Assembly (NCBI RefSeq): GCF_018977255.1
Contig: NW_024704742.1
Span: 123,072,001 to 123,136,000, forward strand
Length of the DNA stretch: 64,000 nucleotides
Direction: 5' to 3'
DNA from: Callorhinchus milii
Taxonomy: Eukaryota
Shown: positions 37,474 to 51,060 of the stretch, one piece after another
Layout of the letters: each line of letters opens with the position of its first letter
Position numbering within the stretch: the first letter of the stretch is position 1
Notes under the pieces: generated by a model
Databases searched by the model: none
Told to the model about the DNA's origin: nothing
Seen by the model: the letters and a program-made list of their open reading frames with translations, nothing else
Made by a program: the position numbers and the translations under genes

Positions 37474-40400
37474 TAATAAAGTAGCACCATCTCTTTGATC
37501 GAGTATTTGACAGATTTCTTGTTTGAGTAGAGCGAAGAGCCATGTGTCACTTTCATTAGAATGACATTATGATTTGTAGCATCATGTCAAGTGTTCACAA
37601 TGCAATTTATATAGCGCCTTTCATTTCAGAAGGATGTCTCAAAGCGCTTTACGCAGCTAGCTGGATACCCGGTGGGGTGGGCGGGGTGGTTGGAAGCTGA
37701 AGAGGGTGTGGAGTGCAGAGATGACCAAAAACGTGGTCAAAGAGGCAGCTTGGTAAATAAGCGAGGAAAGATTTGCCAAAGACATCAATCATGAAGACAG
37801 CTCACTTCAAATAAGGAACTATACCCAGCAACATTTCTGGGAAAGACAATATTGGCAGGAGTTCAGCAAATTGTGAGGAAAATTGGAGAAGTAAGCAGAA
37901 TCACATGACTAGAAACAAGGAACTCGTGATCAATTACTTATTTATAGAAGAGTGCACAATAGCATTTATTCCTTTCAAACATTGTAGAGGTTTTATCAGG
38001 GCTTGTTTGCTTCCAATCATAAATATATTAGAGAAACAAATCCCTGACTATCCAGTACTTTGAGACGTCCTCCCAAGGTATGAAAGGTGCTATACAAATG
38101 TAATTAGTTGCTGTTGTTGTAGGAGGGTATGAGCACAACATACACTATATACAGCATCCATACTGTACACTCTTCAGCGCTCTGAGATGCTACCCCACGT
38201 GAAGGGCACTTTATAAATGCAGGTTGTTGTTGTAAAATCGCCCACAAAATATACAGTCACTACACTTTACAGTGTCTCCTGTGAAGTGCTTTGAGATGTC
38301 TCAAAGACGTGATTAGGCACTAGATCAAATGCAAGGATTATTTTTTATTATTATAACAGGCTGTGACGAAACTTGTAGAAATCTAAATAGAAGTCTGCAA
38401 CCTGTCATTTATGTTGTCTTTTCATTAACAAACTTTTTTCTTGAATATCAGAATGATTTTGATCAAAATGCTATTTGACTCTGTAAATTGGTGGAGAAAA
38501 TGAGCCCACACTTAATCCCATAATACCAGAACCTTTTCAGATGCATAAATTCCAGTTTTAATATAATGAAGGGTTGTAAATTTTAGTCCTGGTGAAATGG
38601 ATTCCCCTCACTTGTACAGCCACTTAATTGATTTGCATTTTTCTTAAAGTTAATTTTACTTCAATTGATACTAATTCTTTTGATTTTTTAAAATATACAT
38701 TTATGGTATAGATTACGCTACTTTTGAACAGATTTCTGCATAAGAAATCCATAACTGTTGAAATTCTAAGAAATTAGTCAAGAGATATTGCAAATTCGAC
38801 CCTAATGCTACTTTTTTGTTCAATTCTTTTCTATTAGTTGTTTAATCATAAACTTTTCACGAATGAGAAAGGTTTGATGAGTGGCACTCAGCAGCTGCCC
38901 TCTGATAAAATGTTTCATAATTGCCTTGTGCTCTATTGAGCAATATGAGTTCTCTCTTCAATGACATCTGTAGAATCATCTGGGTGTGTCTGTCTGCTGA
39001 ATTGATAAAATATTCAGACTTGTTGCGACTGCTCGAGAAGCTTTGCGGTGTAACACAAGATAGGTGTGTTGTAATAAATCATTCAGGACAATTATAAAGA
39101 ATTGGGCCTCAACCAAGCCTGTGGTTTAAAGTTACTGAAATGGACCTCTGTTCAACCGCGCAGGAACTAGTTTTTCAGGCTTGTTTGTCTATAGTTACAG
39201 AAGTTAAACCAAGACTTGGCAGCAGAGTAAAAGTTCAACTGACAGTATGAGTCAATCCAACTACCTGCACAAATAGACAGATTTGGACAGTGTATTGCAC
39301 CTACCTAATGAAAGTTTGATGCCCCTAATTGTTGCTGTGGGTATTTTACAACACTGCCTTTCTTCACTTAATCATAATTACTGTACTTGTTTTTTGCCCT
39401 CACATTCCTAATTAGATTTCCAAATGGAAATTCTGCTAAATAGACTTTTTACTTTTTTCTTTACAAACAATCAATCCAGATCCAATTAGATTGTCTCAGG
39501 AATCCTTGACACATGTAAATATGAGTAGAATACGTGCTGTAAAGAGAATTAAATGATGGAATGTCTACAAGGCTACAGATCCAGACAGGACACACCCTAG
39601 AAATTTCTAGGTACACAGAATAAATAAAGCTCTGATGGATGTTTAGATGCTCCACAAGCACGGGGCTGTCCCGAGCATGAGGATAGCATTTGGAACATTA
39701 TTGTGGAGTCTATGACTTGCTGATTATTAACACTTATTTTGTTGCAAGTTTATAATAATAATAATCTTTGCATTTCATAAAGTGCTTTATCACATCATCA
39801 AGAGTTCTCAAAGCGCTTCACAGAATATACTGTAAAATGAATTGACTGTGTATTTTGTGGGCAAAGTGAAATAAGAAGTAAATAATAAAGAATAATAAAT
39901 CCGATTATAAGCCTAGGATTAAAATATTATTATATAATTAAAATATTATTTGAGCTATCAACTGCTGTGTGATAGATTTTGGTAGAAACTTGACCATCTT
40001 ATCTTTCAAAGGACACTGATGCACTAAAGAGGATTCAGAGAAGAGTAACAACAATGTTTCTATTAATTAAAGCTCCACGTTATGAGGACAAATTTGCTGA
40101 GCTCAATTTGTTCTCATTAGGAAGGAAATAAAATTGGATGGGGGCAGACAGACAGACGGATGAGGGGGAGGAGGGGAGCGGTGGGCGGACAGGGAAAGAC
40201 AGACATGATTCAGGTCCTTAAGATGCTGTAGTGCAGATGAGATTCAAGGAAACTGTTTGGATACTGAGCACTGGCAGAGATAGTTATAAACTGATGGGCT
40301 AAACCTCTCGCCTGAGGTTGCCCATTACACCTTTAGTGACATTGACAGCGCACCATCTTAGGTGCTATGCAGAATGCCAACTGGAATTTTAGCCAAAAGT

Positions 40401-41719
40401 GAACAAATTCTCCCATTGTAAAGACAGAGGAAATTTCAATCAGCACAGCAATATGCATTTGCACAAGTCCACAAATTTTACACTTGGGTTGTCAACCTGC
40501 AAATTACACCTTAAAGTGTCCCAATTTGTCGAGGATCAAGGTTTGATGTAGAGAAGTGTGACTTCTATGAACTGCCTTAAGACATGGCACCGTCTTTAAA
40601 AAACATTGAAGAGTTATGGCTTAATTCCCCTGACCTTACTGGATAGGAAAGTCACCGGATCAAGCCCTCCCAGCAGTGCACTGGAGGATCAGCCTCGACT
40701 ATATGAGTTCAAAGACCTGACTGGGAAGGGGGTGTGCATGAACCGAAGACCCACGTAGGTTCATGCTCCAGGCACAGACACTCATTTGATATTAATAAAT
40801 GAATCAGAAGTAGATGTTTTTGCCAGCTCCAATAACATACAAGAGTGGCTGCGTTAGCAACATGCCTGCAGTCATTTTCAGGAGAGAGGAGACACTCCTT
40901 TTCCTGTCCATGCTTTTCAGTCAACAACTCAAAAAATAGATTAGGATGAAATTGTAGAGAATAGAAATAGCACATGTACATAATACTAACACACCTTTCA
41001 TTTTCTTTAAAGACCAGAATTTAGTTTAATCCTTTTCAGATTATAAAACATCTTACCCTCAATAGTTGGCCTGGTTAAGATAATATAATACAAATAATTC
41101 TTGCATTTGATATAGCGCTTTATCAAGTCTTTGCGACGTCTCAAAGCCCTTCACAGAATATACTGTAAGGTGAATTGACTGTATATTTTGTGGGCGAAAC
41201 ACGGCAGGCAATTACACACAGCAGTGTCCCACAAACAGTCATGGATTGAGTGACCACATTCTTTTTTTGAAGGGATTAATTATGAACAGAATATAAGCAT
41301 GGATTTTAATGAAGTATTTATTCTGTATTCATGTGGCAATAACATGATGGAACTAATATCGTCTAGAGAACTGGGTCTGAGAAAAGGGATAATAAAATAA
41401 TCCTTGCATTTGATACAGCACCTTTCACACTGAGCGGACATCTCAAAGCGCTTCTTTTCAAACAGTGCTATGGGATCTTTAATATCCACCTGAGTAGACA
41501 GGATCTTGGTTAAACATTTCATCGAAAGGAGTACACCTCCAACAATGCAGAACTTCCCAGCAGTGCACAGGAATGTCAGCCTGGACTATTAGAGTTCAAA
41601 GACCTGGCCGGGAAGGGTATGTGTGTGAACCCCAAACCTCAGGGGTGAGAATGTTACCAACTGAGCCATACTGATACCTTGTACCTAGTATAATCTAGAG
41701 AGCCAAATCTGAGAGCAAT

Positions 41720-41903
41720 GATAATAATAATAATAATAATAATAATAATCCTTGCATTTGATATAGTGCTTTTCACGTCGGGAGGACATCCCAAAGCGCT
41801 TCACAGAACACACTATAAAGTGAATTGACTGTATATTTGTGGGCGAACGCGGCAGCCAATTGCGCACAGCAATGTCCCACAAACAGTCGTAGATTGAAAA
41901 TGA
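41720..41903 (-). mobile_element. 5'-truncated short-subfamily SINE with a long (TAA)n tail
   Basis: Matches the reverse complement of 28965-29130. Confidence 0.92.
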
Positions 41904-43319
41904 TAATGTGCCATGTACAAACAGATTTATACTCTATATTGAAAAAACACAGAAGGATTGAGACTCGGTCAGTGAGTTGGAACGGTTCAGTTGGCTCAGT
42001 CCCATACATTTGTCAGAGAGGCTTCAAGGAAAACAAATTTCTGGATGAATGAGAGAACACGGGATTCCTGTCTCTTCCAGACTGAACATCATGACCTTCA
42101 AAGTAGAATGTATCTGAATCAAACTCAACAAGCTTTAATTAGTTGGACAGCTAAGCAATATGCCCATTTCAATCAGAATAAAAGAACAACAACAATTTAC
42201 ATTTATATAATGCCTTTCATATTGGGACAATGTCTCAAAGTGCTTGTCATCGCTGATTGACTCCTGAACTGCGGGGAGGAGAAGATGACTGCAAACTGCT
42301 CTCGAAAAGTTAGATCTTGTGGTAGGCTTTAAAGGTTGGGAGGAATAGAGAGGGATAAGATGGAGGGATTCCAGAATGGGAGACATGAAGCGGTCCACTG
42401 CTATCTGAGTGAAAGCATTTACTGCAAAATTTCCAGCTCTCTCCAGTTATATTTGTTGAATCCTTTGTAATAGAAATGATGTTCTTTAACACCCTGGATT
42501 TCACTCTAATACAACTTTGCCTTGCTTCCTCTCACTGTGTCCTCACACCCCTCCAACAAGTGTACAATTTTAGCCATGGCATCGGACACAGTCTCTGATT
42601 TTCCTATTTGTTTTCCACCAATAGATTGGTCAAGCGCTTTGAGATGTTCTTTCATAGAACTCTGCTATATAAATGCAAGTTGTTATTATAGAAAGTGATT
42701 TTCCCCTGACTATTTCTCTCTCTCAATTCTCCTCCTCCTCCTCCTCCCATCTAAAGGGATCTTGAAATTTAAGGATTTACTGTGGAGACTGCACCAAATA
42801 ATTTCTGGAATTATGTGAGCGCTTTGGGATGTCCTCCTGATGTGAAAGGCGCTCTATATATCTAATGTTGTTGTTGTTGTTTATTGTTGTGATCCTAAGA
42901 ATCTCATCCACCAAATGGGACAGGATAGCAGAAGATTTTCTCCCGTCTATTTTTCTCTCCTCCTCCTCCCCTCTGAAGGGGATCTACTGTTGCCTCCTGG
43001 GGTATGGTTCTACAAGTGTATGGTACCTCGATCAGGCAGCCAATATTCATAAGTGAGCATTAATACTGATTTGACTGCAAGGGCATTATAGCAGAAGTCA
43101 ATCTTATTATTTTGTTGGTCAGCTCAGCACCCGACCCATGTGAAAGCCTATTCCTGTGCTTGAGCTTTAAGGATTTACTGTAGCGACTGCACCAAATAAT
43201 TTCTGGAATTACGTGAGCCAAATGCCTCCCTCCAAAGAGCGAGTGTGCATTCCATTCTGGACACGGGGAAATTGCTACACATAGGTGGCATGCACAAGTA
43301 TGTGGAACTCTCAGGCTCG

Positions 43320-43575
43320 TCTTTTTTTGGTCAGCCTGACACATGCAGAAACCCATCACCGTGTTTAAGATTATCCAAAACAAACTGAAAATTACATGCA
43401 TCCCACCTACACATAGTAATCCCAGAGATAAGATTGTTGGAATGAATGCGCACTCTCTTCCTGGGGGATGCATCCCGCTTACCTAATTCCGGAAAGCATT
43501 AGGCGCAGGTTGACAAGAACCAAGGCCTTGGGGACCCCAGAGTGTATGTTGGGGTACTGCTGGTTTGGATACCCC
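43320..43575 (+). repeat. Unclassified interspersed repeat, uninterrupted copy
   Basis: Shares ACCCATCAC...TATCCAAA...CATGCATCCCACCTACACAT...CTTACCTAATTCCGG...GCGCAGGTTG with 34700-34990, 51061-51256 (-), 57980-58395 and 60262-62150. Confidence 0.8.
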
Positions 43576-46500
43576 TAAGTAAGTGGATGAGTATTCATAT
43601 TGTGTTTTAAGTGATGCACCAGACATGCTGACATGCTTGATTTGTTCTCCAGTAAAGAGTCATTGCCTTCAGGAGAGGAAATAAGAGCAGAAGTTGGGGG
43701 GCGGAAGAGATGCAATTACTTTATTAAAAGTAAAATTTATATCTAATCTATACACATCATTTTAACTTAACTGAATTAAAATGAGACTTAATTTAATTAA
43801 TATAATACATCGCTATGCATCTTCTCTTTATGTTGTTCCATTGCCCATTTTTTCCAAATTTTATTCTGTGCAATAAATATTAAAATGAGAAGAAAGAAGA
43901 AATTTTGATGGGTTCAGAGCTAGAGGGCATGAGTATATGATAACACAAGCAGATGTAAAAAAAAGGGTGTTTAGGAGCAACTTCTTTTCACAGAAGATAG
44001 TTAGAATGTGGAACTGCCAGAAACAATGATTGAACCAAAAACCATCAGTGTATTTAAGAGGAAACCTGATGCATAAATGAGGGAGAGGGGAATAAGAGTG
44101 GGGTGGGCTGGTGTGGAACACAGGCACAGAATAATGGACTGAATTATTTATTTCTGCGCCCTATTATTCAATGTAATTCTATGTAAATATTATATAGGGT
44201 TATTATTATTATTCTATGAGTGTGATATAATTGGTGTGTGACAGTGTGGTGTGTATGACGTGATAATTGTGTGCGTGGATTAGCGTGCAGTAGGTAGTGT
44301 GGTGTGGTGGCTGTATAGTGTGTGAATTTATGGGCTGATTGTGGTATATAGAATAAATGGTATATATCCCCCCATACAGAGAGAGGATAGCTCATCAACC
44401 CTCACTGTTCTTGCTTGTAACCAGCTGAGATCCTTTCACATTGTGCGCTCAATCTATCGCGAGTTGGGATGAGGGAGGGGGGAAGGAAAGGGGGGAGGAG
44501 ATGGGGAAATCAATTCACTTCTGGTTATTTTACATTGGTTGCCTCTTCCTAATTTCACAAAAAAAATTGTTTAAAAAAATCCACATTCTCTCTCTCTTTC
44601 TCTCTCTTTCTTTCTTTTTCTCTCTCTCTTTCTCCCTCTCTGACCCAGTCACCCTCATTGAGGGTGTTGTGGGTTGGGATGAACTCGATGTGAAGCATTT
44701 ATGAGGCCCTGCAATTTCTCCTGGTCCTAGCCTCAAGGTAATTTTGCCCTAATATGTACGACACAGTAGAACAAGTTCTTAAACCCCAGCTCAGTCAAGA
44801 AGGTGGTGTATGAGTGTATGGTGTTTCCAGTATGATGCATATGAGGTGGGTGAGCATATTGTGAGTGTGTGCTGTATGGGGGGAAGGGGATATGTGGAAA
44901 ATTGGCTGCCAAATTTCGCCCACAAAATTCAATTCTCTTTACAGTATATTCTGTGATGTGCTTTGAGACTCTTGAAGACATGATAAGGCACTATATCAAA
45001 TGCAAAGATTATTATTATTATCGTTATATGAGTGGAGTATAATTGGTGAGTGAGTGTGGTGTGTATGATATGATAATTGTGTGTGATTAAATGATGAGGT
45101 GCACACATATTTTTGTGTGTGCTACAATTAATATAAAATGCGTAGTATACGCAGGTGTAATCACAACACCATAAGATTGCAAGAGATGAAGGAGTCCTTT
45201 CAGCCTATTTGATCTCACATTTCCAGAATATCCCAACTTCCCTTCACAACATCAAATTATTTTTAAATGAGTTGAGTATCCTGACATCAATTACACTTCC
45301 TGGAAGCCTGTTAATCACCATCTCTGCGCAAAGAAATACTTCCTGATGTCTGCTCTGAAATCATTCCTTGCTATCGTAAACCTGTGTCGTCTTGTCCTGC
45401 AGCCTCAATGCACCCAAGAATATTTTAATGGGTTGTAACTCTTTTTTAATCTGAGGCAACTGAGTAATGGTTCTGGATGAAGAACTCACAGGAGTAACAG
45501 GTCCCTTGATGTTTGCACATTTTTCCACAAACTGTTTATAGAAACAAAAAGAACCTCCACCCTTTGAACTGAACTGCTTCCTGTAGAAACAAAGCTATTG
45601 GACCTGCTGTTAACTAACTGCCTTGTGAAAACAGCCTGACATAAGATTTTCGCAGAGCAAGAAGGGGGAAAAAAAATTGTTTTGATCAGTAACTTTTTCC
45701 TTCTGATTTTTTGGCATGTAAAAGTGTTGCGTCCTGAGAAAATTGCAACACGTCGAGAATAAGCTAAATGTTATCTGAATAAAGGAAGAGCAGAAGTGTG
45801 GTAGCTCAACCCTCCTTATCCCCGGAAAGTTAAGAAAGCTCCAAAGCTCTGTGCTTCCTACTGAGAATTGTTTCCCTTTGTGACGCCAGCTACTGTGACA
45901 ATAAAAATATAAGGGAAAATAATGCATTCAATGCACAGAAAATATGTTTCTCATTTGTGCTGTGATAGAAAACTAAACATGTTTTCCTTTAAATTTGCTT
46001 TGGGATCAGCAAGACTTGGATTCCACTTTTTTTCATTCAGGCAGGAAACAGCTTTGAGGAAAGATTTTATTGTTTTCGCTCAATAAAAGGAAAAGCCTGA
46101 TGGCCAGTGCTCAGATTAAATCTGTGAGTGCTTTTAATGCTGCTATTGTGCTGAACTACAACATGTTCCCAAGGTGAGCTGATGTTTTGAATCAGATCCT
46201 GCCCTTTAACTTAATGTACAAGCAATTAGCTGCAAAAAAGTAGAGTGCACAAATACTGAAATATAAACTCCTCAATAGCTTAATATTAAAAAAAATAGGG
46301 TTAGCTTAATTTGGAACGCAATTGGTTGCCGCGTTTCACCCACAAAATATATAGTCAATTCACTTTGCAGTATTTTCTGTGAAGTGCTTTGAGAAGTCTC
46401 GAAGATGTGATAAGGTGCTGTATCAAATGCAAGAATTATTATTATTAAATTCTTTAAACAATCTGCCCCAAAGACCTGGAGGCCCAAACTTCCACCTGGT

Positions 46501-47509
46501 TTGAGCCTGAAGGACAATTTTAACAACAATGCTCATAATAAATCTTGCATTTGATTCAAAACCTTATTGTATCTTTGAAACGTCTCAAAGCGATTCACAT
46601 GATTTACTGTAGAGACTGGTTTGTTTCCTGTGTGAGCCAAGTCTTGACTGTCAAAACACAATGTGACCAAGGGAACATCACAATAGAGCCCAAACTTGTC
46701 CTTATCTGGAATACATCAACATGTAACTTACATATATATATATATACAGTAGTTGTATATCACTTTGACCTGAACCTGAGAGAGGGAGCTGAGTTAGGTG
46801 GGGAGGGGAAAGGTGACTAAATGCATGGTCAAAGAGACATCCACGCATATCCCAGTTTAATCAAAGTTGCTAGATAATGATTGGATTGGAAATTCAACCA
46901 CTGTTTCCCCCCTTCTCCTTCTTAGCTCCCCTCTTCCTCAGCTTGTACTCATGATGAACTGCTTTGAGATGTTCTCTCAACATGAAAGGTGCTGTAAATT
47001 GTTCTTGTTGTATTGGGGTTAGACCTGGATCATAAAGTAAAATTCTTGGGAGTTTTCAAAGGGTCACCAACTGAAACTGCTCCATATGTTGGCGTATCAG
47101 TTATTCTTTTCCCCATTTTCCAGAAGTTGATATTCATCGTAAAATCTGAAAGAAGATCACATGTTAAAAGCAAAAGAAAAGTGTGAAACCACATGAAAGG
47201 GTGGAAAATAAATTGTTCCTTTCATTAAGTAACAGAAATGAAAGAAATGAGAGTTTCTGAAACTGCAGAGACGTCATGTGTTCTGTTTCATTGCCAGTGT
47301 GTACGTGAGTCTGTGTGCCTCTCTGTGTTGTTTGGAGGAACAAATCCTGTGGTAATTATGTTTTGCCAAACACTCCTGGTCAAATAGAGACTAGATTAAA
47401 AATAAAATAAAATGAATTGAAACAAGCATACACATTCTAACAGTAATGGAAGACTTGCTCATGTGATATCAAAATTGTACAATTTTGAGTTTTTTTTGAT
47501 CTTTTCATG

Positions 47510-47885
47510 ATAGCTAAGTTGGTAAAGACATGACCCATTGTGCTACTGAGCAACACAGATCAGAAGATCCCAGATTAGCTTCCTTGTCTGTGCTGAGTTA
47601 GCTGATCTCATCTGGGGAATTGGATGGGTAGCCGCAGTTGGTTTCAGCATTCCTCGGCTGGGAGAGGAGGAGAGGAGAGGAGGGAGAATGAGCCTAGGTT
47701 CCCATTCCTGATTGATTTCCAGTAGCCCCTGCTGGAAAATGCCTGGGTGTGGATGTCAGGTGGGGTCAGGACTGGGCTCAGCTGTGATGGCTCACTCACA
47801 GTCCACATGATAAATGGACACTTGATGAGACACTAAAGGACTGGGCACCTGTGGATGAGTCACCACCTTCAAGGGAGCAGGACAA
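47510..47885 (+). mobile_element. Ancient tRNA-derived SINE, AmnSINE2-like
   Basis: Core GTCTGTGCTGAGTTAGCTGATCTCA...GGTTCCCATTCCTGATTG...CCCCTGCTGGAAA. Fragments also at about 2990-3190, 6400-6560, 12340-12430 (-), 33900-34020 and 56560-56900. Family name is from recollection and needs a Dfam/Repbase check. Confidence 0.6.
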
Positions 47886-47925
47886 ATCTTTTAAGAATTG
47901 ACTTTATCAGTTGATAGTTGAAATA

Positions 47926-48156
47926 AAATTCCACTTGGATCCAGATTTACTCTCTCAAAAAGTAGCATCTCAGAGGGTGCAGTATTTGACAAATTCTTAA
48001 ATGCTGCCTTATCTTTGAAGGCGGTTTTCTGTACGTTTCTTCTAAGAACTAACAGAAAACTGGCTTCAAAGGTGAGGCTGAATTCAACGATTCGCCAAAT
48101 TCAAGATGCTCTAAAATGCTACATAAATAGAATGAATCTAGACCCAAATAGAATTT
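47926..48156. mobile_element. Palindromic MITE-like element, copy 2
   Basis: AAATTCCACTTGGATCCAGATTTACTCT...AGAATGAATCTAGACCCAAATAGAATTT; inner arms TTTGAAGGCGGTTTTCTGT and ACAGAAAACTGGCTTCAAA. Confidence 0.75.
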
Positions 48157-48299
48157 GATAGTATTTGATAATAATTTTAATGCTGAACATTACCAATAAG
48201 TAAGAATAACAGTGAGATCATTTGACTGTAGACCTTCAAATATTATCCCCCAAAAGGTATTGTCTAATTTAGTCTTGAACACAAGGGACCACAGACTTA

Positions 48300-48423
48300 A
48301 AATTTCACCTAGTCCTATCCCGAAATGTGGAAAAATTAAACACAATTTAAGAATTTTCCTCAATTCTGTGTGGCAATAATTTTAATTCAAAATGATCCTA
48401 CAGCCTGAGACTAGGTGAAATTT
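48300..48423. mobile_element. Small MITE-like element with perfect 15-bp TIRs
   Basis: AAATTTCACCTAGTC (48300-48314) and GACTAGGTGAAATTT (48409-48423). Confidence 0.6.
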
Positions 48424-48620
48424 CTGTTTATTCAGGTCATCCAAAGTCAGCTTCAAAGGTGATCATTAAAGACAAGTATCAAGAGAGTTGTATAACTATT
48501 TCAGAGAGTAAAATATGGAGAGATATAGTGGAAGAGGGGTGATAGGATTCGGGGAGGATGTAGTACATAGACCATGGCAAAGAGATTTTGAGGGGGTTCT
48601 ATTTCCTATGTTCCTATCTT

Positions 48621-49177
48621 AGACTCTGACTATATTTGCTGACAGTATTATAGCTCATGCGTTGCAAACAAATATTCAAGCAATACATTTTAATTCAATA
48701 TGACTTTACGCATTTACGCATTTGTATTCTTTCCCCTTTCTCTTCAGTTACTGATGAATTCACATCCATTCTGAATGCTTTTCATGTGAAACAAATTATT
48801 GTCACCAACTTAGAGCCAAGATCTGATCACTGATAGAATACACATATATATATTTCACTTCTAAATATTTTACCAAATAAGAAGTGTTGCCTTCATTTAC
48901 AGACGCTGACTATATTAGCTGAAAGTATAATAGCTCACATGTTTTAAACAAATATTCAAATAAAACATTTTAATTCAATATGACTATGTTTGACCATTTA
49001 TGCACTTACAATCTTGCCCATTTCCTTTCAGTTGGTGCTGAATTCCCATCCATTCTGAATACTTTTCAAGTGAAACAAATTATTTTCACCAACTTAGAGC
49101 AAGAACTGAACACGGATAGAATATATATATATTTCCTGTCTTCACATTTTACCAAATAAGTAAGCGCTGTCTTCATT
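48621..49177. repeat. Two-copy diverged tandem duplication, unit about 280 bp
   Basis: Units start at 48621 and 48901 and share AAACAAATATTCAA, ACATTTTAATTCAATATGACT, CATCCATTCTGAAT, GTGAAACAAATTATT, CACCAACTTAGAGC and TTTTACCAAATAAG. Confidence 0.92.
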
Positions 49178-50934
49178 AATTTCATCTAAAAAATGGGTAT
49201 ATAATGGGTCTAACTGGTTTTGGTTTAAAATATGATAGGAAAGCCACTAATTCTAATTAAACCAACAACTACTTACACTTCCATAACGCCTTTCAGGGTA
49301 ACACCTTGAAGTGCTTTAGAGATGCATCACTGAAACAGTGTGGGAAAGAAAGTTACCTGCCAATATATAGTCACTGCACTTTATATTCCTGTGAGATATT
49401 AAAATGTTATATCAAATGCATTATTATTATATTAAAAAGTGGAATGGGGTATGAAGACATTGGTCAAAGTCATGGTAAAAAAGCTAGTTTTTAAGAGGGT
49501 TTTAGCAAACAGAGGGGACAAGGTGAAGGTATTTTGGGAGCACAGTGGCTGAAACTTGCCCACAAATGGTAGAGTGAGGGGGGAACACAGCACGTAGTGG
49601 TTGGAATCATGGAGGGTATGGGCAGGAGAATGGGGTTGGAGCAAGAGGCTAGAGGGACTGGAGGCTCAGGGTGACGTTCTCCTCAGCACACTGGGCTCCT
49701 CTAATAATAATAATAAAATAATTCCATACACTTGATATTGTGCTTTTCATGTCAGGAGGATATAGGATATATTGCAAAGCACTGCAGTGTCCCACAAACC
49801 ACAATGAAGTGAATGGCCAATTTTATTTGTGGGATCGTTAGCCAAGACACTGGGAGAAATTCCCTTCTCTGCAAAAAGTAAATATTTTTCAAATCGTTTT
49901 TCCCACTAAATGCAAATGCAAGGATTGTCATTATTAAAGCATTTTCAGGCATTTCAGGAACTGCAGGAAGATCCTACCTATTAACTGACTGCATGTGAGG
50001 AAAGATGGTGTTACGCAGCAAGCACATTAGGAGCCATGCCAAAATCTAGTTCTTTTGTCAAGAAGCACCGCTTCAGAGACAAACCATAAATGCAGACTCG
50101 GGTTTAATAGATTTCTGCCTTTTGTAGTTTAGCCATTATTACTTTTTAGGCTATTGGCCAAGACATAAGTGCTGAGAAATCCTGCTGAGAATGTTTATAA
50201 AACCTGCAAAATTATAAACTTATAACAAATAGGTGCTATTTTCATTGCCATAAATGTCAGTTTGTTTACATTGTGCACTTCGAACACTGTGCAGCTGCCA
50301 GGGTTTTGAAAGGAATTTGTGAATAAAGTCTGTATTAGTGTATCTGTGGTAAGAATACTGTTCTACAGCCCAGTCGGTACCCTGCCATTAGTTGAAATCA
50401 AATTCTTTAATATTGAGCAAAAAAAAGCTGATAATGGAACACTGAAACATTGGAATTGATTAGAAAGGAATCAACGCAGTCCAGAAGATCAAATTGTATA
50501 TGATTCACAGCAGCAATGATCATCATCTGAATCGCAATCCTGAGTTAGATACAGGAGTGAATTGCAAGATTGAAAATCTCTTCTCTATTTTGCTTATTGG
50601 CACATTATAGATTTGTGACATGTTTAAATTCTGGATCAGCAAAACGTTGTGCTTTGCTACATTGGTTTCAAATCAAATTCCTTTACCTTTGGTACAAACA
50701 CAATGCAGTATCCTTCAATATTCCATAGAGACAATTTTCCCATCCAGATTCTTGCTTTTTCTGCTGTTATTTCAAAAGTGACTGGGCAGTCTTTCATGAT
50801 CCCTTTGATTTGGTAAATGGCTTGAGAGTTTCAATGCATTTATATTTGTATAATTCAGAGGTATCAATAGCAAGCTATGCGTTTTTAGCTGGTTAGACTC
50901 CAGCAGTACCCCAACGCACACTCTGTGGTTCGCA

Positions 50935-51060
50935 AGCTGGCAGAGCCACGGGGAGAGAGGGTGGGAGTGGGATTGAATTGGATAGTTCTTTTCAAAGAAC
51001 CGGCACAGACACGATGGGCCGAATGTCCTCCTTCTGTACTGTATAACTCTATGATTCTAT
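50935..51060 (+). mobile_element. CR1 3' tail inserted in the unclassified repeat
   Basis: GGATAGTTCTTTTCAAAGAACCGGCACAGACACGATGGGCCGAATG...TCTATGATTCTATGA. Confidence 0.85.
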
